Shown here: piece by piece, positions 9,656 through 19,006 of the stretch
Position numbering within the stretch: the first letter of the stretch is position 1
Layout: each line of letters opens with the position of its first letter
Origin: a virus
Taxonomy: Duplodnaviria > Caudoviricetes
Length of the DNA stretch: 62,649 nt
IMG/VR virus record: IMGVR_UViG_3300018083_000030
Location: 1 to 62,649 of that record
Direction: 5' to 3' (one strand)
Program-made: the position numbers and the translations under genes
Notes under the pieces: generated by a model
What the model saw: the letters and a program-made list of their open reading frames with translations, nothing else
Database searches by the model: none
What the model was told of the DNA's origin: nothing

Positions 9656-12082
9656 TTAGGGTGCGTCCGTTCCGTTGGATGGTTTCGCAGCGGCACCGCC
9701 GCCGCCGCCGCTGACAGTGGAGCTTACAGCGCCGGACACGTCCACTTTGACGTTCACGGTCGTGGCGCTGATAATACCTGCCGCCGTCGTTCCTATCTTC
9801 GATCCAATAGCGCCGCCGTCGACCGACGAATTGAACGCCCCGCCGGCCTCGCTCCCCTTGCCGCTCAAACCCGATCCGGCCGCGTCGTTGAACGTCTGCG
9901 CGGCTTCGCCGGCTTTTGTCGTCAGATTCTGGCCAATCGAATCGATGCCGAGTTGTTCTGCCGCGCCCGGCGCAGGCTTCGGCCCCTGCCCTGGCAAGAA
10001 TGGGCCTTCTTGCTCGCCGCGCGCCCGGCGTTCGTCGCGTTCCCGCTGTTCCCGCCTTAGCAGATCGGTCGATGTTTCGAACGGCTTGAATCCCGGGATG
10101 ATCTGGCCAACCGTGTTGATCATTGTTTTCACGGCGTCGGTGATCGCGGTGCCGAGGCCGGAAAACAGATTGGGCGCGGTGGCCTTGATCCCGTCGATGG
10201 CGCTGGTCACGCCCTCCGAAATCATGGTGCCGATTCCGCTCCATAGATCCTTTTGGTTCTGCCACGCGCTTTTGAGTCCCTCGCCGATGGCCGGCCCGAT
10301 TACGTCGGTCCACACCGCCTTTTGATTGTCCCACGCGCTCTTGAGTCCTTCTGTGAACCTTTCTTTGAGTCCCTCCCATATAGTTTGATCCGGTGTGGCG
10401 ATTGCGCCTCTAACACTGTTCCAAATAATGTCTTTAAGCTTGCCAAGCTCGGTCCCGATATCTTCCACTTTCAGGTTTTGCAGATAGTCGCCGACCACCT
10501 TTCCCGCCGCTTTGAGCTTGTCGGTCGGAATCATTTTCAGCAGTTCGGTGCCGACGTCGAGCGCCAGCCGTCCGATGTTGCCGACAATCTGCGAATAGAT
10601 CGGCGACAGCTGCGCGCTGATATCGTTTTTTGCCGCCTGAAATCTGGTCGCCGCCGGCGTGGTGATCCGTCCAATTGCTTCGTCGCGCTTTTGTGCGATT
10701 GCGCGGGCCTTGAATTCCTCACGCTGCAATGCCGCCGCTTGTTGCTCCAGTTGCTTCGACGTGGTCTTGGGCACCACCTTGTCGAAAGAATCGCTGACGG
10801 CCGCTAGTTCGTCCCTGAATTTTTTTGCCTCGCCCCTCGGTAGACCGCGCACCGCGTCGGCCAGCGGCTTGCCTGCGAACAAGTCGAACGACTTGTCGAA
10901 CGCATGCAGCTTTTTTTCTAGCGCCGCCTTTTGCTTCGGCGTTTTCGCCGCGTTGATCTTGTCTTCGAGTTCGAACCGTTTGTCGGCGATGCGGGTGAGC
11001 ACGCCGGTGGCGTCGGCCTCGCCCTTCTTTTCCATCTCGGCCATGGTCTTTTTGTCGAGGCCAAGCGTGCTGAAGATTCCTTTGTCGCCCAGGATTCCCT
11101 TTTTGCGTTTCTGATCGGTGAGCAACCGGGGCAACCGGTTTTCGAATCCTTCCGCTTTGTCCCCGAACAGCTGGTCGCGCAGCATGTCGCGGTCGGCGAT
11201 TTCGTCCACGGTTTTGCCTTGGGCCTTGGCGCGGCCCATGTTGTCCCAGATGTTTTTCGCGCTCTTGCTGGCGGCGTCGATGCCCTTATTCGCCGCCCAC
11301 GCGCCGACCGCCAACGTCCCCGCTGCCGCCGCCAATGCGCCGACAGCGACCGCCGCACCGCCCAGTATCGTAACCACGCCCGCGCCGACGCCCAGCCGCG
11401 CCGCCAGCCCCATGCCCCCGGCCGCGCCCTCCGCTACACCGGCACCGCCTATCGGCGGCAAGCCCATGGCTTCCCGTTTCGCCAGTTCCTTCTTATTGAG
11501 CGGCATGCGCGCCGCCGGCGGCTTGGCGTAGCGGGCGCGAATCTCTTCGTCGGTGCCCTGCGCGTTGCTGAATTGGCGCAGCTTGCGAATCATCTTGTCG
11601 GTCATGCCGGTGGCGACCGCCTCCGGCGCGGCGAATGCTTCCTTGGGGCGGGCCATCACCTTTGCGACCGCCGCTTGCGCCTTGGCAATTCCCCCGGTGA
11701 CGGTCTGCAACGGCGCGACCGCCTTGGCGAGGATCGATTGCCCCTCGCCGATCTTCCCCATCAACTTGCCGGTGATGGCCTGCGTCGCACCGACGGCCGC
11801 GACGGTCTTAGCAATGCTGGCTTGTTGGCTGGCGGTCTTTTCCACCACCTTGGCGGTGACAACCCCGGCCGCGATGGCGGGCGCGATGGCGCGCTTGACG
11901 GCAACGTGTGTTGCTGCGGTCGATGCGGCCAGACTGCCAATGCCGCCCTTGCCGCCGCCGATTCCGATCTTGCTGGTGCCGCCCGCTGCGGCGAGCTTTT
12001 TAAGATCCGCCATCAATTTGCGGATCTTGTCTTCACCCTCGACGGTGACGATTAATCTGGCGGTAGAGGTAACGTCGGCCAT
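9656..12082 (-). CDS. Tape measure protein (808 aa)
   Basis: Ala/Gly/Lys-rich helical protein with a hydrophobic segment and Trp-periodic repeats (GLKSAW.NQK..W); lies between the chaperone and gp43. Confidence 0.85.
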   Translation of the reverse strand: MADVTSTARLIVTVEGEDKIRKLMADLKKLAAAGGTSKIGIGGGKGGIGSLAASTAATHVAVKRAIAPAIAAGVVTAKVVEKTASQQASIAKTVAAVGATQAITGKLMGKIGEGQSILAKAVAPLQTVTGGIAKAQAAVAKVMARPKEAFAAPEAVATGMTDKMIRKLRQFSNAQGTDEEIRARYAKPPAARMPLNKKELAKREAMGLPPIGGAGVAEGAAGGMGLAARLGVGAGVVTILGGAAVAVGALAAAAGTLAVGAWAANKGIDAASKSAKNIWDNMGRAKAQGKTVDEIADRDMLRDQLFGDKAEGFENRLPRLLTDQKRKKGILGDKGIFSTLGLDKKTMAEMEKKGEADATGVLTRIADKRFELEDKINAAKTPKQKAALEKKLHAFDKSFDLFAGKPLADAVRGLPRGEAKKFRDELAAVSDSFDKVVPKTTSKQLEQQAAALQREEFKARAIAQKRDEAIGRITTPAATRFQAAKNDISAQLSPIYSQIVGNIGRLALDVGTELLKMIPTDKLKAAGKVVGDYLQNLKVEDIGTELGKLKDIIWNSVRGAIATPDQTIWEGLKERFTEGLKSAWDNQKAVWTDVIGPAIGEGLKSAWQNQKDLWSGIGTMISEGVTSAIDGIKATAPNLFSGLGTAITDAVKTMINTVGQIIPGFKPFETSTDLLRREQRERDERRARGEQEGPFLPGQGPKPAPGAAEQLGIDSIGQNLTTKAGEAAQTFNDAAGSGLSGKGSEAGGAFNSSVDGGAIGSKIGTTAAGIISATTVNVKVDVSGAVSSTVSGGGGGAAAKPSNGTDAP

Positions 12083-12094
12083 TGCGCTTTGCCC

Positions 12095-12259
12095 CTAATC
12101 GTCAAGGACCGACGGCGTTGCGTCTCTCCGCTTGTTGATCACATTGACCAGTCGCACCGCACGTTTGATCGTGAGGTTATCCCACGACCCCGGCGGCCAT
12201 CGGAATCGGAATCCAATTACTGCAACGTCCTCCTCCACCTGTTTTGCGACACGACTAAC
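12095..12259 (-). CDS. -1 frameshift extension of the tail assembly chaperone (GpE'/GT-like)
   Basis: The -1 frame after GGGAAAG is open for 54 codons: VSRVAKQVEEDVAVIGFRFRWPPGSWDNLTIKRAV...DD*. F.WPP...D.LT resembles the P2 GpE' family. Confidence 0.8.
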   Translation of the reverse strand, partial: VSRVAKQVEEDVAVIGFRFRWPPGSWDNLTIKRAVRLVNVINKRRDATPSVLDD

Positions 12260-12846
12260 TTTCCCATGATGCGCTTCCTTATATTGTAGTAGTCCATGTA
12301 ATCGACGGCGTTGATGATCGCGTCGTTCATGGGCATTTTCGTGCCTAGCAGCGTGCCGAATAGGCGCATGAATGTTTTGAATTCCTGCGCGTCGCCGCTG
12401 GTGTCGAGAAATTCCGAAAGCTCGCCCAGCTTGCGCGCTTCGAATTGAATTTGGTGGATGACCTCGGCGTCGTCCTGCGGTCCCAGCTTGATCGGATGCA
12501 ACAGGTTGTAGACCACCGGCGATCCGATGCCGTCGCCGACAATTTCGTCGGACAGCGGGGCGGCGTCGGCCTCCCGCGAAAAGCTCCCGATGATATCGAT
12601 GACCTCGAGCACGTCGGGCGACGACAGTTCGGCGGCCTTGAATTCAACCGGCTCGGTGCCGCCGTTGATGGCGCGCACGTTGCTGGCGATGAATCTTTCG
12701 AGGCGTGTTTTGATGGTGGGCGCGTCGGCCATTCCGGCCAGATCCTTGGCCGTCGGCCGGAAGATGACAATTTCTTTCGACTTGCCGCCACCCTCGACGG
12801 CGCTCACCTCCTGCAACAATTCGAGTCGCGCGTATTCTTTCGCCAT
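12217..12846 (-). CDS. Tail assembly chaperone (Mu gp41-like)
   Basis: EIVIFRPTAKDL...ELSSPD motif; lies between tube and tape measure genes. Confidence 0.8.
   Translation of the reverse strand: MAKEYARLELLQEVSAVEGGGKSKEIVIFRPTAKDLAGMADAPTIKTRLERFIASNVRAINGGTEPVEFKAAELSSPDVLEVIDIIGSFSREADAAPLSDEIVGDGIGSPVVYNLLHPIKLGPQDDAEVIHQIQFEARKLGELSEFLDTSGDAQEFKTFMRLFGTLLGTKMPMNDAIINAVDYMDYYNIRKRIMGKLVVSQNRWRRTLQ
12259..12265 (-). other. Programmed -1 ribosomal frameshift slippery site G GGA AAG
   Basis: ATG GGA AAG near the chaperone 3' end; identical to the lambda G/GT heptamer and in the correct phase. Confidence 0.8.
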
Positions 12847-12871
12847 GCGTGTGGTGTCCCTTCACAAAGCA

Positions 12872-13246
12872 TTAGGCGGCCAGCGGTAGAAGCTCGATGA
12901 TTTCGTCGGTGATCAGCGTCAGCTTTTGAATGTTCTTTTTGGCGTCGTAGGCATCCTCGGCGATGTTCGACGCATGCTCGGTCGAGAACGTGCGACCGTC
13001 GCACAGTTCCAGCACCAGCGGCACGTTGCAGATCTCTTGGAAATATCGAACGTACATGTCGACCGGCACGACCACCGTGGCCTCGATTGTCGGGTTGCGG
13101 TCTTCCAGCGTCCATTCGCCGTCGTAGGCTTCGGTTCGGCGCTGGTTCGTCACGATCACCGTGACGTCGCCGTCCGATTGCAAGCGGATCGAACGGCCTT
13201 GAATCGTGAAGTTCAACACGCCTTTGCATTTGATGCAGATCGCCAT
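12872..13246 (-). CDS. Tail tube protein (Mu-like)
   Basis: 124 aa, beta-rich, directly after the sheath gene; G...FTIQG start is Mu-tube-like. Confidence 0.75.
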   Translation of the reverse strand: MAICIKCKGVLNFTIQGRSIRLQSDGDVTVIVTNQRRTEAYDGEWTLEDRNPTIEATVVVPVDMYVRYFQEICNVPLVLELCDGRTFSTEHASNIAEDAYDAKKNIQKLTLITDEIIELLPLAA

Positions 13247-13263
13247 TGGTCAGCCCCTTGCGT

Positions 13264-15042
13264 TTACACCGGCGGGATGCACGAGAACTCGGGTGCCACG
13301 TCAATCGAGGTGGCGATGCGCGCGAGTTGATTCACGAGATCGAGATCGATCATGACGTTCACGCGATTCGGATCGCAGTTGTTGAACGTGTTGGTGCGCT
13401 CGACCCGCACCATCTTTTCGAGCGTTTCCGACGTGGGCTCGGCGGTCCAGCCGAACTGCGTGCCACGCATCCACGCGATGATGCTGGCTTGCAGGATGCG
13501 CGGAGTCACCGCACGCTTGCCCTGCGGAATCCGCGTGCCGTCGTTCATCAGCGACACGCTGGCGTAGTTGTGCCGATACCAGTTGCCCAGATCGCGCACG
13601 AACTTGACCGTGGTGTAACGCGACTCGACGCGCTGCCAAGCGCCATCCGGTGCGCCGGTGTTGGGATCGTACTTGTAGGTTGTCAGCGGTTCCTCGATCC
13701 ACAGCTGGGTGTTGCGCAGGCCGCGCGAGTTGGCGACGTCCCAGTTCATGATCCCGGCGTCGTAGAAGGCGCGCTTTTCCGCCGACGTCCAGATGGTCGA
13801 GCATTGCCGCGCGTCGTACAGGAAGCCCAAGAATCCGTTGTCGTATTGCACCGGCCGCGACGGGTCATAGCAAGCGGTGCAGCACACCCGCGACGTGGTC
13901 GCCGCCGCCAGCACATAGCCGGGATACTTGTAACCGGTGCGCACCGGAACAACGACTTCCTCCGGGTTGTTGCGGTCGCGACCATAGGCGGCGATGGTGC
14001 CGGCGCTGGCGGTCTTGCTGTGGAAGAGATGCCCGCCCTTGAAGTTGCCTTGCACGCCGCAGCGCCAGTTCTGCCGCACCAGCTGGATGAACGCTTCGAT
14101 GGCGATTTCTTCCTCGGTGCCCAGACAGATGCAATCCCATGGGCAGTTCATCGCCGGAATCGCCGTGGTGTACTCGATCACGCCGGCCCCTTCGTCGCCC
14201 TCGGCCTCGGTCACGGTGATGCCTTCGGGGATTTCGTCGCCGAACTGCGGATTCCACACCGGCACGAACCAATTGCTTTGAATGCCGGCATTCTTCGCCG
14301 TGAGCGTGACCACCGACCCGGCGGCTTCGGCGGTGAACGGCAGATCGATATCGGCATTCAGCGCCGCCGCATAATCGGTGGCGATAATGTCGGACGTGGT
14401 GCCGATGATGACGCCGATGTTGAAAATCTTGTCGATGATCGACCACGCCAGCACACCCGAATTCGTGCACGGCCCGCCGAACGTGACGGTGTAGGTGGCG
14501 GCCACGCCGCCGGCTGCGCCCCATGTCAGATTGAACGTCGCACCTGTGCCGATGCCGGTGGAGGACACTTGCGCCACCGGGTTGGTCGGATCCGGCGCGC
14601 CCTCCGCAATGTGGCCGGCCTTCGAAATCGACGTGGTGGCGATTGCGCCGGCGGTGACGCTGTCAACCTTCAGCTGCACGCCGTCGGGCAACGTGACGAT
14701 ATCGTTGACCACGTAGCCGGTGCCGGGTGCAGCAATGGCGGCGGCGGAAACGCCCTTGCCTTGCGATGGATCGGCGAGCGGCGCGCAGTACAGCGGCAAC
14801 TCGGGACAGGTGTTGAAATGCTGTTCGGCCATCAGCGACATCACCGAACCGGCACCGAATAGTTCGCGCGATTCCTGTACCGAATAGATGATGTAAAACT
14901 CGCCGATTTCGGCGGTGCCTTCGTCGGTCATTTGCGCGATGTAGAGCGGCCGGCAAAGCTCGGCGAGCGGCATGTAACCGGTGACGCACCACGTGAGGAA
15001 ATTGCCGCGAGCCTGTGCGAGAGAGATTCGATTCTGTGCCAT
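13264..15042 (-). CDS. Contractile tail sheath protein (Mu gpL-like)
   Basis: ELFGAGS, DLPFTAEA..VTLTAKNAG..N, DPSRPVQ, TTYK...G.PD, VTP.IL, VER....PNRV motifs. Confidence 0.9.
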   Translation of the reverse strand: MAQNRISLAQARGNFLTWCVTGYMPLAELCRPLYIAQMTDEGTAEIGEFYIIYSVQESRELFGAGSVMSLMAEQHFNTCPELPLYCAPLADPSQGKGVSAAAIAAPGTGYVVNDIVTLPDGVQLKVDSVTAGAIATTSISKAGHIAEGAPDPTNPVAQVSSTGIGTGATFNLTWGAAGGVAATYTVTFGGPCTNSGVLAWSIIDKIFNIGVIIGTTSDIIATDYAAALNADIDLPFTAEAAGSVVTLTAKNAGIQSNWFVPVWNPQFGDEIPEGITVTEAEGDEGAGVIEYTTAIPAMNCPWDCICLGTEEEIAIEAFIQLVRQNWRCGVQGNFKGGHLFHSKTASAGTIAAYGRDRNNPEEVVVPVRTGYKYPGYVLAAATTSRVCCTACYDPSRPVQYDNGFLGFLYDARQCSTIWTSAEKRAFYDAGIMNWDVANSRGLRNTQLWIEEPLTTYKYDPNTGAPDGAWQRVESRYTTVKFVRDLGNWYRHNYASVSLMNDGTRIPQGKRAVTPRILQASIIAWMRGTQFGWTAEPTSETLEKMVRVERTNTFNNCDPNRVNVMIDLDLVNQLARIATSIDVAPEFSCIPPV

Positions 15043-15118
15043 GTCCTGGCCCCCTCTGACGTTCGCCTATTTCCTCGACGTGTAACGCCAACCTATCGGA
15101 ACTTAACAGCTTCGGCAA

Positions 15119-15550
15119 TTACTCCGCAGGCCACGCCGGCTCGCGGTATGCCCGTTGTGGCGTTGCCGGCTGCGGCTGCGGCGGCTGCGGCTGTTCCGGC
15201 CCGTCCTCTTGAGTCTCTTCCTTGGCGACGCGCCGCCCGCCGAATTCCGCCGGCAACCGCATTCTGGCGATGGCCGGATTCGGCTCCATCTCGACCAGAT
15301 CGCCGGCCATGATCGCCAGCACCAGCGACGACGTCAGCGGCGTGGTGACGAAATCTTCATGCGGGATCGGCATGTCCTGAATGTCGTACACCACGCGCGG
15401 CGACTCGTAGGTCACCCCGTCGGTGCCGGTGATCTGATCGACCACCGCCTTGACCGTCAGCATTTGCGGATCGTGCGGGGCCATGGCCCGGGGCGAGGCC
15501 GCGCGTGGATTGAACGTCGGCACCTTTCGCAGTCGGCTCGGATCGGCCAT
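15119..15550 (-). CDS. Hypothetical protein, possibly Mu gp38/DUF2635-like
   Basis: Immediately upstream of the sheath; AIMAGDLVE resembles the gp38 C-terminal motif. Confidence 0.45.
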   Translation of the reverse strand: MADPSRLRKVPTFNPRAASPRAMAPHDPQMLTVKAVVDQITGTDGVTYESPRVVYDIQDMPIPHEDFVTTPLTSSLVLAIMAGDLVEMEPNPAIARMRLPAEFGGRRVAKEETQEDGPEQPQPPQPQPATPQRAYREPAWPAE

Positions 15551-15554
15551 CGGG

Positions 15555-16268
15555 TCATCTCCTTCTGATGGTGGGACGCGGCACGCCGCCCAGATTCGGC
15601 CAATAGGCCCCGGGCGGCTCCGGCTCGACCGCCGGCATCGGTGGATCCTTTATCATGATTTGCGGGTCGTGCGGTGCACATGGATTGCACGGGTCGCACT
15701 CCGGCGGCCCGCAATCCGAATGCAGATTGATGAACACGTCGCCAAGCTCGGAGCACTCCGGCCCGCCGATATCTTCCAGATCGGTGCAGAACCGGATCTG
15801 TTCGAAGAAGACGAACACGAACGCAACCTTGACCGCCGGGATCCGCGTGCCCTCGATCCGCATGCCGGCGTATTGCGTCGGCTTGAAGAATTCGTTCGGC
15901 CGCCAGTTCACCAGCGCGTTGATCAATTGCTTTTCGACCAGTTCGATATCGTCCGCGGCTTCCCACTCGCATTCGGATGCGCGCGCGTCGAGTTGCGCGA
16001 TGAACGTGATGGAACGCGGGTTGATGATATCTTCGGTTTCGCTTTCGAGCGGCCGCAGCTGCGGAATGCGAACCACCGTCGGGACCACCAGCAAGTAGGG
16101 CAGCTCGAGCGCCGCCCAGTGCTCTTGCTCCAGCTGGCGCAACACCAGCTTGACGTTGTCGCCGAATATCGTGTGGGCGCGACGCAGCCGCTTCACCACC
16201 ATGTTGAACAGGCTTTCGCTGTGGCCGAACGCCGCCAGCAAGTCCCGGGTGTTAGTCGTCGCGTCCAC
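15555..16268 (-). CDS. Tail terminator-like protein with Cys/Pro-rich C-terminal tail
   Basis: Position in the neck cluster; LP...VVP and L.NW.P motifs. Confidence 0.65.
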   Translation of the reverse strand: MDATTNTRDLLAAFGHSESLFNMVVKRLRRAHTIFGDNVKLVLRQLEQEHWAALELPYLLVVPTVVRIPQLRPLESETEDIINPRSITFIAQLDARASECEWEAADDIELVEKQLINALVNWRPNEFFKPTQYAGMRIEGTRIPAVKVAFVFVFFEQIRFCTDLEDIGGPECSELGDVFINLHSDCGPPECDPCNPCAPHDPQIMIKDPPMPAVEPEPPGAYWPNLGGVPRPTIRRR

Positions 16269-16416
16269 GCTTGGACTCCCGTGCCAGATCCCGAATGATC
16301 AAGAGTTCGGGCATGTTCTGCGCCACCCATTCGAGCGAGCGCGCCTTGCGTTCGTCCTCTAGCCGCCGGACCCGTTCCACCAGCTGCCGCAGCGAAAGCG
16401 ACTTGTCGTCGTCCAT
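16252..16416 (-). CDS. Small hypothetical protein (54 aa)
   Basis: MDDDKSLSLRQLVERVRRLEDERKARSLEW...RDD* fills the gap between two neck genes; below the ORF-track cutoff. Confidence 0.55.
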   Translation of the reverse strand: MDDDKSLSLRQLVERVRRLEDERKARSLEWVAQNMPELLIIRDLARESKRGRDD

Positions 16417-16417
16417 G

Positions 16418-16804
16418 TCACCCTCCGGCCTTGAAGGATACCGCCCTGGCCAACTCTTCGACCTCCGGCCGCGCCGATAGCGACTCGTCCAGCGCGTCCG
16501 GCAGCATCTTGCGCGCCGCCATCTTGCTGGTGCCGGTCGTCAGGTAGCCGGCATATTCCACCTCGCTGAAAAGCTCGCCCTCCCGGCCCGACGCTTCGTA
16601 GTCGATTGATCCGATTAGCCGGCCGGTGTCCGCGCCCGGCCACGCACCCGGTGCCGACGGCGACGGCCCCGATGCGTTCGATATGAAAAAGTTGCGCGCG
16701 TCGTTCAGCCGGTGATCGATCCACGCCGTGATCAACCCCTCGTCAATCGCAACCGTTGGCAAGTTGCTGACGTCGACGGTGATGGTGACAGTGACGTCGG
16801 CCAT
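16418..16804 (-). CDS. HK97 gp10-like tail completion protein
   Basis: SAPGAWPGADTGRLIGSI...VEYAGYLTTGTSKMAAR; start MADVTVTI overlaps the upstream stop. Confidence 0.8.
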   Translation of the reverse strand: MADVTVTITVDVSNLPTVAIDEGLITAWIDHRLNDARNFFISNASGPSPSAPGAWPGADTGRLIGSIDYEASGREGELFSEVEYAGYLTTGTSKMAARKMLPDALDESLSARPEVEELARAVSFKAGG

Positions 16805-17298
16805 CAGATCCGATCCACTACGTTGGGCAATCCGGCCATTTCCGGCACCTCGAATCGGGGCGGCGGCTCTTGCGTCGCCGGGTCGTTGCGAACGTCGCGC
16901 ACAAGCTCCGACCAGCAGAACAATTGCAGCCAGCGCAACACGCCGCCCATGTCCTTGACCATCGCCACCTTGTACCACGTTTCGGTGTAGCGGTTGGCGT
17001 GGAACACCCAATGGTTCAGATCGATCTTGACGTCGGGCGGCACTCGAATCGTCACCTCGACGGTCGGGTGGCGCACCTGGGCGTGGCCGCGCCCCATGCC
17101 CGGATAGACGGTCTGATAGTCGAGGATCTGTTGCGCGTCGAGCGGCCGCACGCGAGCGTGCACCCTGATCACGCCCGGCCGATCTACGATGGTCGACACG
17201 TTGCCGTCGGGCCGCTCCAGCATGGTGCAAATGACCACCACTTCCCGCAAGTCACCGATGCGCGGGATAGATTCTCGGCGTAGGTCGATCCTCGGCAT
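16804..17298 (-). CDS. Head closure / head-tail joining protein (SPP1 gp16-like)
   Basis: IGDLREVVVI...VHARVRPL...VTIR pattern. Confidence 0.75.
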   Translation of the reverse strand: MPRIDLRRESIPRIGDLREVVVICTMLERPDGNVSTIVDRPGVIRVHARVRPLDAQQILDYQTVYPGMGRGHAQVRHPTVEVTIRVPPDVKIDLNHWVFHANRYTETWYKVAMVKDMGGVLRWLQLFCWSELVRDVRNDPATQEPPPRFEVPEMAGLPNVVDRI

Positions 17299-17867
17299 CA
17301 CGCCACATAGGTGAGGTGCGGTGCCAGGAATCCCTTGGCCCCGCTCCGGGTTAAGATCTGGTCGTCCATTTTCACATCGCCCCGGTTCTCGACCATGTGG
17401 GCGAACAGCTGCGCGACCGCCTGCACGAATGCCGGCGATATCTGTTGACTGCACACGTCGCCGGCCGGCTGGCCGATGTTATATTGCGCCGTCAGCGTGC
17501 AGTAGCAGCACAGCGACGCCGGCATGCACACGTCCCACCCTTCGGGGTAGTCGTATGGATTGGGAAGATTCCTATGGCTGTCCAGCTGTGGTGCATTGGG
17601 CGGCAGCACGGCCACCAGCACCCCATTCGAAAACAGCCGCACCTCGCTGGTCGGCTCGCCCGACAATTTGATCGATCCGTCGCGCTGATTCACGGTCACC
17701 GTTTCGGTGACCTGTCGAGCGGGATAGACGAACCCGGCGGCGTCGGCGCACACCTCCCACGCCGCGTTGAACCAATGACGCATCAACGGCTCGGCAAACG
17801 ATTGGTCGGTCGCCGCATGTAGCTTGGCGATTTCGTAGGCGGCCTCGATTGGATTCGGTTGGGTCAT
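17298..17867 (-). CDS. Head-tail connector (HK97 gp6-like)
   Basis: AKLH...AAW..C and C-terminal VQAVAQLFAHMVENRG. Confidence 0.8.
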   Translation of the reverse strand: MTQPNPIEAAYEIAKLHAATDQSFAEPLMRHWFNAAWEVCADAAGFVYPARQVTETVTVNQRDGSIKLSGEPTSEVRLFSNGVLVAVLPPNAPQLDSHRNLPNPYDYPEGWDVCMPASLCCYCTLTAQYNIGQPAGDVCSQQISPAFVQAVAQLFAHMVENRGDVKMDDQILTRSGAKGFLAPHLTYVA

Positions 17868-17972
17868 CGATATCTGCCAATGCGCCAGTCCTGCCGCGCC
17901 CAGCTGGTGCGGAAGCCTTCCCGCCGCATCGTCGGCCAATGGCGACTCCAGTCGGCATACAGATATCGCCGC

Positions 17973-18395
17973 CTAGTGTCCCGCACGTACCGAGATCGAC
18001 ACGCATTCGTTGACGACGCTTTTGACGCCATTGCAGTCGGTGAATCCCACAGAGATATCGAACCGAAACACCTTGCCGACCGGAATGTCGGGGCCGGTCT
18101 TGATCATGTTCACGGTCAACCGGCCGTCGCCCATGATGCGCGTGAAGCCGGGCCAGGACGATGCCGGATCGGTCGCCAATCCCGACACCAGTTCGATTTC
18201 GGCGTCGTCAGCTGGTGCCGGCGGCGACACCATCATGTTGCTGATCGCGGCCGACTCGATGCTCGACAGATTGTAGCCGTCGACGCTGGCGAGGAATCCG
18301 GTCCAGTCGATTGGCATCGGCACGGTTTCACCCGGCCGCACCTCCCACAGCATGCACGTGCAGGCGGGGTATGGCGAACATTGGAACGTCTGCAT
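17973..18395 (-). CDS. Putative virion adaptor protein
   Basis: PGETVPMPIDWTGFL motif typical of neck-associated adaptors; GAGGT RBS upstream. Confidence 0.5.
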   Translation of the reverse strand: MQTFQCSPYPACTCMLWEVRPGETVPMPIDWTGFLASVDGYNLSSIESAAISNMMVSPPAPADDAEIELVSGLATDPASSWPGFTRIMGDGRLTVNMIKTGPDIPVGKVFRFDISVGFTDCNGVKSVVNECVSISVRAGH

Positions 18396-18401
18396 GGCAC
18401 C

Positions 18402-18596
18402 TCACCGTCGACAGGGCACGGTTAGAGTCGCGATTCGCCGTTGGACGTAAAGCGTTGGGATGCGACGCTGTGAAACCAGCACAGCGCCGCCGCACGGTTG
18501 CGGTGAAGTGGCGAGCGGCTGTCGGGAGGACGATTGCCACCGCTCGCCGTTGGCCGGCATTCGGTTGCTAGGATACGAAACCGGCCAAGCACGCAT
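18402..18596 (-). CDS. Small hypothetical protein
   Basis: Tiles the operon between adjacent genes. Confidence 0.4.
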   Translation of the reverse strand: MRAWPVSYPSNRMPANGERWQSSSRQPLATSPQPCGGAVLVSQRRIPTLYVQRRIATLTVPCRR

Positions 18597-18599
18597 CGG

Positions 18600-18761
18600 T
18601 TACCTGCGAACCTCTTGCCGCCTTTCGGAGTCGCGTTCCTCCTTCTGGGCCGCAAACGTCGTGGTGCCCGTCGTGGTGCACATGCACGGCGACGGGAAAT
18701 AGTCGAGCGCACAGGGCGGCCCGGCCGCCCCGCATGGTCCGAAACATCGCGAAGTCATCAT
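18600..18761 (-). CDS. Small Cys-rich hypothetical protein (53 aa)
   Basis: MMTSRCFGPCGAAGPPCALDYFPSPCMC...; ATGA overlap with the upstream gene. Confidence 0.5.
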   Translation of the reverse strand: MMTSRCFGPCGAAGPPCALDYFPSPCMCTTTGTTTFAAQKEERDSERRQEVRR

Positions 18762-19006
18762 GACTCACCTTCCTTTGCTTTGGTCCGCCGCAAGTCCATC
18801 ACCAGATCCACCGGTTCATCGTCCTTCGGCTTATCGTCCAGATCTTCCGGTTTCACCTGTTTGGCCAGCCCGCGCTTGATCATGTTGGATCCGGCGAAGT
18901 CCGGCACCGCGTAGACCTCGCCCGGCGCGTATTCGGTGACGCTGATTCCGTTGTCGAGCGAATAGCGCACGTGCTTGTCGGCGATGATGCGAACCAACAG
19001 AGTCAC
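18758..19006 (-). CDS. Small post-capsid protein
   Basis: GTGA-coupled start; YAPGEVYAVPD...MIKRGLAK is typical of small genes after HK97-type capsid genes. Confidence 0.6.
   Translation of the reverse strand: MTLLVRIIADKHVRYSLDNGISVTEYAPGEVYAVPDFAGSNMIKRGLAKQVKPEDLDDKPKDDEPVDLVMDLRRTKAKEGES

Noticed and set aside
5432-14862. Long plus-strand ORFs (e.g. 5432-6820, 10931-12055, 13246-14862)
   Set aside because: Antisense shadows of GC-rich minus-strand genes with recognisable phage products.
1-15042. Transposable Mu-like phage, tailocin or GTA
   Set aside because: Only the tail is Mu-like; no MuA/MuB is present, and head, replication and integrase genes indicate an autonomous phage.
17864-17986. 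Arg/Trp-rich 40-aa ORF coupled to the connector gene
   Set aside because: GTG start without a clear RBS; support too weak to call.
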